Below are positions 1 through 6,702 of a stretch of 13,772 nucleotides of DNA, one piece after another. Made by a program: the position numbers and the translations under genes. The number at the start of each line of letters is the position of its first letter. The stretch's first letter is position 1. The DNA comes from Spirochaetota bacterium (GTDB taxonomy: Bacteria > Spirochaetota > UBA4802 > UBA5550). The stretch lies in NCBI GenBank assembly GCA_050298055.1, contig JBNKTL010000070.1:1-13772 (forward strand), written 5' to 3'. The notes below the pieces were generated by a model, which saw nothing but the letters and a program-made list of their open reading frames with translations, was not told where the DNA came from and made no database searches.

Positions 1-78
1 AATCCTTCTGTCTTTTTCATCAATTATTGCTAAAAAAATATTACTTGAATGTAAATCAATACCTCCGTAAAGTTTCAT
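1..78 (-). CDS. IS110-family transposase/recombinase (DEDD RuvC-like domain), N-terminal 26 aa, runs off the window edge
   Basis: Manual translation of the minus strand from ATG at 78 gives MKLYGGIDLHSSNIFLAIIDEKDRRI. The G-I-D-L-H first-aspartate motif followed by a hydrophobic strand and D is typical of IS110 N-termini. Strong RBS GAGGAGG at 85-91. Not in the ORF track. Confidence 0.85.
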   Translation of the reverse strand, partial: MKLYGGIDLHSSNIFLAIIDEKDRRI

Positions 79-164
79 TGAGCACCTCCTCGTGTTTAAA
101 TTTTGTCACTTGTATAGTTTATTCTATACTGTGGACCTGCAAAATTTATCGCAGGGGGTGCTCA
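79..164 (-). ncRNA. Long imperfect hairpin upstream of the IS110 gene (RBS-sequestering leader, or part of a bridge/seek RNA)
   Basis: Three nested stems: 79-90 with 153-164 (11/12), 97-105 TAAATTTTG with 140-148 CAAAATTTA (9/9), and 112-117 GTATAG with 124-129 CTATAC. They are separated by internal loops. Confidence 0.5.
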
Positions 165-190
165 TTAAGTAAAGCCCTTTAGATGATTAT

Positions 191-257
191 CAGAGACACA
201 GAGAAGAGGAAGAAAGGAAAGAAGAGATTTACCAGGTAGTTCATGAAGACCACGAAG
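191..257 (+). repeat. Degenerate family-A remnant (CAGAGACACAGAG, 191-203) plus a related CATGAAGACCACGAAG motif
   Basis: The 13 bp at 191-203 are identical to 2581-2593 and followed by the same AAGA purine tract. Confidence 0.5.
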
Positions 258-270
258 GAAGAATTTTTAT

Positions 271-358
271 AATGTTAAGTGTTAAATGTTGAATGTTAAA
301 TTTAAGAAGATATTTGCGAAAGGATAACTCAACATTAAAAATTTAACATTTAACATTT
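271..358. repeat. Family C: heptamer (AATGTTA/G) tandem arrays in inverted arrangement
   Basis: 271-305 reads aatgtta agtgtta aatgttg aatgtta aatttaa. 329-358 reads tcaacat taaaaat ttaacat ttaacat tt, which are reverse-complement units. It lies just 3' of the gene ending at 412. Confidence 0.8.
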
Positions 359-411
359 CTTAAAAATTACTCCAAAGCCCTGTGCGGTTTTCTGCGTACT
401 TAATTGATTCA

Positions 412-1644
412 TCAATAGGCAATCCTGTACAAATGGACGTCATATCCGTTAAAATCATCTGAAAACTCTCCGTTTGATATAAACAAATCCCGGTCTTCCC
501 CGATCACATTAAGTTTTGCGGATTGAGGTATCCCTGGCAATGTAAAAGTCCCCTTTGTAGGATCGTCTCTCATGGAAACCGTGAAAAGGTAAGTGGAGTT
601 GTTATACCTCTTGAGCATTACCGCAATGGGGACTTCCGTGTTGGATGAAACAACGGCAACACCGTTTGTTACTGTCCTGCTGTTGAGTACCGGGGCAAGT
701 TCCCGGATCCGGCTGTTTATTTCAGTGACTGCGCTTATAATATCCGAATAGGAGAGTAAGCCCGCTTCGATGAAATCGGGTTCAAATTCATGGGCAAAAT
801 AGCCTATCCCCATTGCGCCATGGATTATTGCCATCCAGACTTCCGCCCGGACCTGGCGGGGCGTGGGACGGACATCCGGATTTTCAATATGAGTTGTCTC
901 AATCCATACCCACACCGGTTTTTTATGATCCGCCCACTGCATGAGGCGTGTTACGCCATGAGCCACAAGCCAGAGATTCCCCGCAACGTTGAGAGAGGTA
1001 CTCACAGCAGGATAGATATCAAAGGAAATAATATCCGCCCCCGCAATATATTCAGGGTAGTCCTCATCCTGTCCTGTGCATACGCCCCTGCCGCCCCATT
1101 CTTCATTTGCCACACCCTGCCCAAAATTTAAATATACAGGCCGGGATGAATCGGCGGTTTTCATGTTATTATACAGTACCTGGATTTCAACGGGGGAGAT
1201 GCATGGATCATATCCTCCGCTCCCGTCAGGCTGCGCGTTATCCGGTTCATCCTGATGGGACCACCCTTTTATTATACTGTTGTGCAAGCTGCTCAGTCCC
1301 GTCAGGTTTTGCGCTGCTACAACATCCATTCCGCTTGTGTCTAATCCGCTGAGCTGGTCTTCGGTAGGCCCTTCATAGAGGCCGATATAGAGATTTATTC
1401 CAATATTCATGTAACTTATTGCGTTTGAGGGCTCCTGAAGCCATACGGCAACCGGAAAATACTCGGGATCGGATGAAGGACCCTTTGACCACTTTGAATA
1501 ATATTCGGGACCGCCAAACCATTCTTCATACTCATCACCGGGAAAGCTGCTGTTATTGCCCGGATTGCCGGTTGAACAGCGAACCGTGAATAAAAAAAGA
1601 AAGACGCAGATTATTGAATAATTAAATTTACTCATTTTTTTCAT
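412..1644 (-). CDS. Putative secreted lipoprotein, glycoside hydrolase-like TIM barrel (clan GH-A-like) with C-terminal beta domain, ~410 aa
   Basis: Start reassigned to ATG 1644 (MKKMSKF), with RBS GAGGGA at 1648-1653. Basic n-region, hydrophobic h-region and FTVR-C lipobox. HQDEPDN is acid/base-like, ADIISFDIYP is a barrel-strand motif, and PVWVWIET is nucleophile-like. Confidence 0.7.
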   Translation of the reverse strand: MKKMSKFNYSIICVFLFLFTVRCSTGNPGNNSSFPGDEYEEWFGGPEYYSKWSKGPSSDPEYFPVAVWLQEPSNAISYMNIGINLYIGLYEGPTEDQLSGLDTSGMDVVAAQNLTGLSSLHNSIIKGWSHQDEPDNAQPDGSGGYDPCISPVEIQVLYNNMKTADSSRPVYLNFGQGVANEEWGGRGVCTGQDEDYPEYIAGADIISFDIYPAVSTSLNVAGNLWLVAHGVTRLMQWADHKKPVWVWIETTHIENPDVRPTPRQVRAEVWMAIIHGAMGIGYFAHEFEPDFIEAGLLSYSDIISAVTEINSRIRELAPVLNSRTVTNGVAVVSSNTEVPIAVMLKRYNNSTYLFTVSMRDDPTKGTFTLPGIPQSAKLNVIGEDRDLFISNGEFSDDFNGYDVHLYRIAY

Positions 1645-1848
1645 ATGTCCCTCATTGTGGTTCCCCGGAGGCACTGGTATCTCCCGGAAGTATGATGCAT
1701 CAATTAATTCCTGGCTTATTTCACCAGAGACTTCCTGTTTTTAAATGAAATGATATCAACTGAAATTATTTTCAGAGACGATGTCCTCTCTCTCACCTTT
1801 GCGTCATCTTCGTGGGAAAATTACTGCATTGAATTCTTACGGACGTTA

Positions 1849-1877
1849 TATCTAACAAAGAGTTGCAGTTGTGTCAA
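1849..1877 (-). promoter_or_regulatory. Possible sigma70 promoter for the GH-like gene
   Basis: Minus strand TTGACA (1877-1872), 17 nt ending in TGT, then TAGATA. The -10 box lacks the final T. Confidence 0.3.
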
Positions 1878-2436
1878 CGGTAAATTTTAACCGGTTAATT
1901 TATTAGCTGGTACCGTTTACTAACAATGTGATAGCTATTTAATTAAAAAGATCTTCGTGTGCTTTGTTATCTTCATGATATATTCACCGGAAAAATCATA
2001 TCTGGATAATCGCTGTTGCCCATTGTAAAAGAAAACCTGATTATTGGATCAAAATACGATCCGGTGATGGGAAAAGTTAATACTTAAGTATCCCCTCTGC
2101 ATCCCCCAATCCCCCTTCTCTTTTCTTCTTCTAAAAAACTTTTCTGGGTCCTCTGTGTCTTTTACGGTTTACAAAAAACCCCCACATAACTCCCGGTTTT
2201 GTGCACCTTTTCCCCTTCTCTTCTCAATCTTTATCGATAATTCATAAAAATTCCTTCTTTTAACTTGACATTTTCTTACACTATACTAATTTTTATATGA
2301 TGATGTTATGTTATGGGTTTAATCGGCAGGGCGGGATTAATATCTGTGACATTTAAAAAAGCAAGAGAAAAATTCCGCACAACAGAAGTATGACCTTATC
2401 CGGTCCGTTGATGAACAACGGGATGTTTTGTGACGT

Positions 2437-2492
2437 GTGACGTTCATTACCTTTTATGTAGCGTTCGTTACACCCCAGGTAGCGTTCATTAC
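2437..2492 (+). promoter_or_regulatory. Three 14-bp direct repeats at 21-bp period (LytTR-like operator)
   Basis: GTGACGTTCATTAC 2437-2450, GTAGCGTTCGTTAC 2458-2471, GTAGCGTTCATTAC 2479-2492. The array ends 7 nt before the -35 box. Confidence 0.65.
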
Positions 2493-2499
2493 ATACCCG

Positions 2500-2527
2500 T
2501 TGACAAACTGTGTAATTTCGGTATACT
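2500..2527 (+). promoter_or_regulatory. Sigma70-type promoter
   Basis: TTGACA (2500-2505), 16-nt spacer, TATACT (2522-2527), upstream of a run of plus-strand genes. Confidence 0.75.
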
Positions 2528-2558
2528 TTTATACCAGCGTTAAGAGGGAATTAAAGTT

Positions 2559-2612
2559 AGAAGAGTTTGCCACAGAGGCACAGAGACACAGAGAAGAATA
2601 AGGAGGGTATTT
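2559..2612 (+). repeat. Family A repeat, forward arm 1 (GCCACAGAGGCACAGAGACACAGAG core; 8-bp subunits)
   Basis: 2559-2586 is identical over 28 bp to 3020-3047. 2569-2593 is the exact 25-bp reverse complement of 3170-3194. The arm contains the gene's RBS (AGGAGGG). Confidence 0.9.
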
Positions 2613-2620
2613 AATTCTCA

Positions 2621-3004
2621 TTGGATAGGCATGTAATAAATCGGAATAAAATAACTGAAAGGATTATCGGGTGTGCTATTGAAGTCCATAGATATTTAGG
2701 ACCCGGTTTATTAGAATCAATTTATGAAAACGCTTTGTGTTATGAATTTGATTCAAATAACATACAGTATGAAAAGCAGGTTGCAATACCAATATTTTAT
2801 AAAGGATATAAATTAGGTGATTACCGGCTTGATATTCTTGTTGAAGATGAAGTTATAATTGAAATTAAAGCTGTAGACAGGACCGATCCGGTATTTAAAG
2901 CGCAGCTTTTGAGTTATTTAAAGGTCACAGGGAAAAAAATAGGATTACTCATTAATTTTAATGTACCAGTCCTGAAAAACGGCATAAAGAGAATTATACT
3001 TTGA
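2621..3004 (+). CDS. GxxExxY protein (PD-(D/E)XK nuclease superfamily), 127 aa
   Basis: [11 protein letters not shown] signature, [17 protein letters not shown] (D...ExK), QLLSYLK and GLLINFN. The TTG start is uncertain. Confidence 0.95.
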   Translation: MDRHVINRNKITERIIGCAIEVHRYLGPGLLESIYENALCYEFDSNNIQYEKQVAIPIFYKGYKLGDYRLDILVEDEVIIEIKAVDRTDPVFKAQLLSYLKVTGKKIGLLINFNVPVLKNGIKRIIL

Positions 3005-3019
3005 AGATAAATGAAGAAG

Positions 3020-3064
3020 AGAAGAGTTTGCCACAGAGGCACAGAGAAGACTGAGGAAGGGTTT
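3020..3064 (+). repeat. Family A repeat, forward arm 2
   Basis: AGAAGAGTTTGCCACAGAGGCACAGAGA is identical to arm 1. It has one 8-bp subunit fewer, then a similar tail (AAGACTGAGGAAGGGTTT vs AAGAATAAGGAGGGTATTT). Confidence 0.9.
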
Positions 3065-3111
3065 CAAGAGTTGCAATTGGAGCGAATCTTTAAAATTATA
3101 TATTAATAATT

Positions 3112-3427
3112 GTTATGGATAATTCAAACCACATAGTCGCAAAGACACCGTTAAAGAACTCAAATACCCCTCTGTGTCTCTGTGCCTCTGTGGCTGATCT
3201 TTCTAAAATTAGATGTCAGTGAAAGTTATGGATAATTCAAACTACATAAATACAAAGACACCGTTAAAAAACTTAAATACCCCTCTGTGTCTCTGTGTCT
3301 CTGTGGCTGATCTTTCTAAAATTAGATGTCAGTGAAAGTTATGGATAAATCAAACTACATAAATACAAAGACACCGTTAAAAAACTTAAATACCCCTCTG
3401 TGTCTCTGTGTCTCTGTGGCTAATCTT
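3112..3427 (-). repeat. ~2.8 tandem copies of a 113-bp unit, each carrying an inverted family A arm
   Basis: Units start GTTATGGATAA at 3112, 3225 and 3338. Arms CTCTGTGTCTCTGTGYCTCTGTGGC lie at 3170-3194, 3283-3307 and 3396-3420. Confidence 0.95.
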
Positions 3428-3486
3428 AAAAATTCAATATATGCAATAAATTTTCGGATGATAAAACCATTAAAAAGGAAAGTACA

Positions 3487-4422
3487 ATGAAAAAATACCT
3501 CCCCCTTATTCTGATACTGTTTTTCCTCCCGGCGGCAGGGGCCTTTGCCGGGGAGAAGATGAGGATCGCGGTGATCGACCTGAAGCCCCGGAAGGTGGCC
3601 AATGTTGTGGCCGTGGGCATAACCAATATCATCCGGTCGGACCTGGTTGACACCGGTCTCTTCAACGTGGTCGAGAGAAACCAGATGAAGGAGATCCTCA
3701 AGGAGCAGGAGCTCCAGATGACGGGATGCACCGACCAGGCCTGCGCCGTTCAGGTGGGGAAGCTCCTCTCGGCACGGAAGATCCTCATCGGCGAGATCAC
3801 CCGGCTGGGGAAGAGCTACCTGGTGACGGTACGGATCGTGGACGTGGAAAGGGGCGTGGCGGAGTTCTCCTCCCGGGAGAAGGCACGGTCCGATGACGAC
3901 CTGGACATCGCGGCCTCACGCCTGGCCCGGAAGCTCGTGGGCCGTATCACGGGAAAGACCGAGTCCCAGCTCCTTGCGGGGCTTGAGAAGAGGACAATGT
4001 CCGGCTACTACATGCGGAGCATCATACCCGGGTGGGGACAGCTCTACGCCGACAGGAACACCGAGGGATACACCTTCCTGGGGCTCTTCGTGGCGGCTGT
4101 GGGGTTCTCCGGCTACGCCATATACGATTACAACGGAAAAAAGAGCGACTACGAGGGCCTTAACAGGGGGTCGTCTGAATTTGACAGCAAGTATGACGCC
4201 TACGACAAGGCGGCAACCATGGTAAACTATTCACTCATCGCCCTGGGGGCGGTCTACCTTCTCCACTGGACCGACGCGATAATTTTTGCCCGGCCCAGTT
4301 ACGGTGCCGAGAAGACGGCCGCTGAACCGGGGGCCTTCATGGAGATCTGCATGGACACACGGCAGGATGCCTACCGGGAACCGGAGAGGAGAATGGTGCT
4401 CAGGTTCGGATACAGGTTTTGA
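3487..4422 (+). CDS. Secreted/outer-envelope protein: CsgG/FlgO/TolB-N-like domain plus DUF5683-like C-terminal region, 311 aa
   Basis: Signal peptide (AGAFA-G). RIAVIDL...FNVVERNQMKEILKEQELQMTGCTDQACAVQVGKLLSA is a CsgG-type motif. RSIIPGWGQLY precedes hydrophobic segments, and the protein ends in LRFGYRF with a terminal Phe. Confidence 0.8.
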   Translation: MKKYLPLILILFFLPAAGAFAGEKMRIAVIDLKPRKVANVVAVGITNIIRSDLVDTGLFNVVERNQMKEILKEQELQMTGCTDQACAVQVGKLLSARKILIGEITRLGKSYLVTVRIVDVERGVAEFSSREKARSDDDLDIAASRLARKLVGRITGKTESQLLAGLEKRTMSGYYMRSIIPGWGQLYADRNTEGYTFLGLFVAAVGFSGYAIYDYNGKKSDYEGLNRGSSEFDSKYDAYDKAATMVNYSLIALGAVYLLHWTDAIIFARPSYGAEKTAAEPGAFMEICMDTRQDAYREPERRMVLRFGYRF

Positions 4423-4423
4423 G

Positions 4424-4458
4424 GAATGGTGAATTTTAAATTTTGAATGTTGAATTGA
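4424..4458 (+). repeat. Family C heptamer array, single arm
   Basis: gaatggt gaatttt aaatttt gaatgtt gaattga, starting 1 nt after the stop codon. Confidence 0.7.
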
Positions 4459-4460
4459 AG

Positions 4461-4482
4461 AGAAGAGGTTTGCCACAGAGCA
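4461..4482 (+). repeat. Truncated family A arm
   Basis: AGAAGAGGTTTGCCACAGAG-CA matches the 5' part of the arms at 2559 and 3020 with a 1-nt insertion. Confidence 0.75.
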
Positions 4483-4494
4483 CGAAAATGTTTT

Positions 4495-4594
4495 CCCCCT
4501 AACCCCCAAAGGGGGCACAAGAGTTCCGGGAACAGAATCTTACGCCCCCTCCGGGGGGGATGGGGGGCGAATAGGGATGGGGGGCGAACAGGTA
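4495..4594 (+). repeat. Family B GC-rich palindromic repeat, copy 1 (5' of DUF559)
   Basis: CCCCCTAACCCCCAAAGGGGGCACAAGAG...ATCTTACGCCCCCTCCGGGGGGGATGGGGGGCGAA, followed by a local duplication of GGGATGGGGGGCGAA. Confidence 0.9.
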
Positions 4595-4674
4595 GCTGGA
4601 GGCTAACGCTTGAACGAAGGCCGACAGTTATAAAAGGTACAAATGGGAAAAATGAAAAGAGGATACAGAGAATA

Positions 4675-5037
4675 ATGCATCCCGAAGTAAAAACACCGGA
4701 ATATGTAGTAGAACTTGCCAGGGATATGCGTAACAACCTGACAGATTCTGAAAACACGCTCTGGAATGTTTTGAAAAACAGGCAGATTAATGGATATAAA
4801 TTCAGGTGCCAGCATCCCATATACCGTTATATCCTGGATTTTTACTGTCATGAAAGGTCACTGGCTGTTGAGGTTGATGGAAAATCACATGAAAACAATG
4901 CCGGGTATGATGAGTACAGGGATAAACTTTTAGAGAGCCTTGCCATAAGGACAATTCGTTTTAAAAATACAGATGTCATGAATAACATGGATGGTGTAAT
5001 AAAAAAAATCAGGGATGAATTAACAAAAGATAAATGA
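4675..5037 (+). CDS. DUF559 / Vsr-like endonuclease domain protein, 120 aa
   Basis: LARDMRNNLTDSENTLW, KFRCQHPIYRYILDFYC, LAVEVDGKSH, YDEYRDKLL and IRFKN are canonical DUF559 motifs. Confidence 0.93.
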   Translation: MHPEVKTPEYVVELARDMRNNLTDSENTLWNVLKNRQINGYKFRCQHPIYRYILDFYCHERSLAVEVDGKSHENNAGYDEYRDKLLESLAIRTIRFKNTDVMNNMDGVIKKIRDELTKDK

Positions 5038-5047
5038 ATACTACTCT

Positions 5048-5180
5048 GCCCCCAAAGGGATACCCCCGAAGGGAGACCCCCTGTTCCCTAATGGGGAGAC
5101 CCCCTAACCCCCGGAGGGGGCACAAGAGTTCTGGAAAAAATCTTACGCCCCCTCCGGGGGATGGGGGGGAAACAGGGGGG
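5048..5180 (+). repeat. Family B copy 2 (5100-5176, 3' of DUF559), preceded by short CCCC-N3/4-GGG sub-hairpins
   Basis: CCCCCTAACCCCCGGAGGGGGCACAAGAGTTCTGGAAAAAATCTTACGCCCCCTCCGGGGGATGGGGGGG. Upstream are cccccaaaggg, cccccgaaggg and ccctaatgggg. Confidence 0.9.
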
Positions 5181-5203
5181 TATAAAAAATAAGGAGCACA
5201 GTA

Positions 5204-6643
5204 ATGAAAACAAAAACACTTTATATAACGGCAGTTCTTTTCCTGGTCCTCCCTCCCCTCTTCTGGGGATGCAGCGCGGAGAGGAACAATATAAACGACC
5301 CGGACAGTCCCAATTATCAAATCGGTGTCACCCTTAAGCTGGGGGACGGGACGGAACTTAAAGAAGGCACAACCATTACCGGCCATGAGCCCATAACAAT
5401 CGCCTTTTCCGATGAGATGACAAGCTGCAGCGTTTCCGGGAGTATGGGGAACGCCATGGCAGCGGGCAACCTCGACTGGGAGGACACAAAGACCTATACG
5501 ATTACCCCCGGTGTGGGAAACGTCTACCCCGAGGGCTCGGGGCAGGTGCTTGGTTTAAAGTGTACTTCTGTTGAGGGGAAAGAGCTGGATAATAGTTATA
5601 CTTTTGTTACGGAGAATGCGGTTTATGTGAGTTCCGGTTTAAATACAATTAATCCCGGTGACCCTTCCAATGACGGAACAAAGACATCTCCTTTGAGTGT
5701 CATACAGACCGGGGTAAACCTTGCCGATGACCTTTATGATACTGCAAGGGTCAATGTAGCTGAAGGAGATTATAATGTGGCATGCGCCCTGTCCCCCAGT
5801 GCTGTATATGCCGTTGAAATGAAGGAGGGAATATCCTTATATGGGGGATATTCAGAAAATTTTAATAATTACAATTCTTCAACATATATTTCAAAGATTA
5901 CTGATACAAGCACAAGCGGTACTGGTTCAAGTGAATTTAATCCTATATCTGCTATATATTGTGATAGCACAATAACAAATAATACAGTAATTGATGGTTT
6001 TACTATTACTATTGGCAAAGATAATGGGACACATAGTGCAATTTATTGTAATGGTGGATCACCAACAATAAAAAATAATATTATCCAAGGACAAGATCTT
6101 GCTAATGCAAGTTTATTATCGCATGGGATCTTATTTTCTTCATCGTCAGCAATAATTCAAAATAATACAATAGACCCAGGAACAAGTACGGTAAATTCAA
6201 CTGGTTTATATTGTGTCTCAACATCGACTCTAACAATAGAGAATAATACACTATCCGGTGGAGTTGGTGATAGTTCATATGTAATACGAACAGAGGGTGG
6301 ATCCGATGCAATAATTTCTTATAATAATATAACAGGAGGTGATTGGTCTACAGAAGGTATTTCTATTCGTGTATATAACAGTGCCCCTACGATTACCGAT
6401 AACACATTTAATATTTTATCAACCTTGAAATGGGAAACATATTCTATCACAGAAGAAAATGGTACATCTGATCCATTATCTGTTAAAAGAAATAATTTTA
6501 ATTATGATGGTTATTGGTATTTAGATGAAAATACTACAACTATTGATAAGAATAATCCTGGGACATTTGTAACAACAGGTGATGGTAATGAATCCTTATT
6601 TGATTCTGGTAGTTGGAATAATTCTTCATCATATATACCATAA
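5204..6643 (+). CDS. Lipoprotein with Ig-like domain and right-handed parallel beta-helix (DUF1565/pectin lyase-like), 479 aa
   Basis: RBS AAGGAG and LFWG-C lipobox. ITIAFSDEM is an Ig-like motif. VYVS...NDGTKTSPLSVIQTGV...VNVAEGDY...GISLYGGY is a DUF1565-type motif. There are repeated xIxNNxI beta-helix rungs. Confidence 0.85.
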   Translation: MKTKTLYITAVLFLVLPPLFWGCSAERNNINDPDSPNYQIGVTLKLGDGTELKEGTTITGHEPITIAFSDEMTSCSVSGSMGNAMAAGNLDWEDTKTYTITPGVGNVYPEGSGQVLGLKCTSVEGKELDNSYTFVTENAVYVSSGLNTINPGDPSNDGTKTSPLSVIQTGVNLADDLYDTARVNVAEGDYNVACALSPSAVYAVEMKEGISLYGGYSENFNNYNSSTYISKITDTSTSGTGSSEFNPISAIYCDSTITNNTVIDGFTITIGKDNGTHSAIYCNGGSPTIKNNIIQGQDLANASLLSHGILFSSSSAIIQNNTIDPGTSTVNSTGLYCVSTSTLTIENNTLSGGVGDSSYVIRTEGGSDAIISYNNITGGDWSTEGISIRVYNSAPTITDNTFNILSTLKWETYSITEENGTSDPLSVKRNNFNYDGYWYLDENTTTIDKNNPGTFVTTGDGNESLFDSGSWNNSSSYIP

Positions 6644-6702
6644 ATAACAAATTAAGAAATTAGTTCATTTAAAAAACAAAAAATTATTATTTGGAGAAAA
6701 TC

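Larger units (their letters stand above)
1..171 (-). mobile_element. Left end of an IS110-family insertion sequence (partial; boundary approximate)
   Basis: IS110 CDS start plus a structured non-coding leader. The hairpin ends at 164 and is followed by a -10-like TACTTAAT (minus, 164-171). The exact end cannot be fixed without an empty site. Confidence 0.6.

Noticed and set aside
164..404. 8-bp inverted match ATTAAGTA (164-171) / TACTTAAT (397-404) as element termini
   Set aside because: Short and AT-rich, so compatible with chance.
790..1352. Plus-strand ORFs 790-1131 and 1107-1352
   Set aside because: Antisense shadows of the GH-like gene with no recognisable motifs.
1645..1674. Extended start at 1674 for the GH-like gene (likewise TTG 6691 for the VWA gene)
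   Set aside because: The downstream ATGs (1644 and 6703) have properly placed RBSs, and the proposed extensions contain those RBSs.
2265..2290. Promoter TTGACA...TATACT
   Set aside because: The spacer is only 11 nt, so the 2500-2527 promoter fits much better.
3112..3427. CRISPR array
   Set aside because: The whole 113-bp unit is repeated with no unique spacers, and there are no cas genes.
4495..4594. Family B as a simple intrinsic terminator or tRNA-like gene
   Set aside because: There is no U-tract after the stems and no tRNA consensus. Two copies lie inside an apparently co-directional gene run.
3426..5386. ORFs 3426-3731, 3893-4225, 4231-4518, 4371-4820, 4603-4851 and 5009-5386
   Set aside because: They overlap well-supported genes or are translations of repeats. 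The shared FPELLCPLxGLGG peptide is simply family B read on the minus strand.
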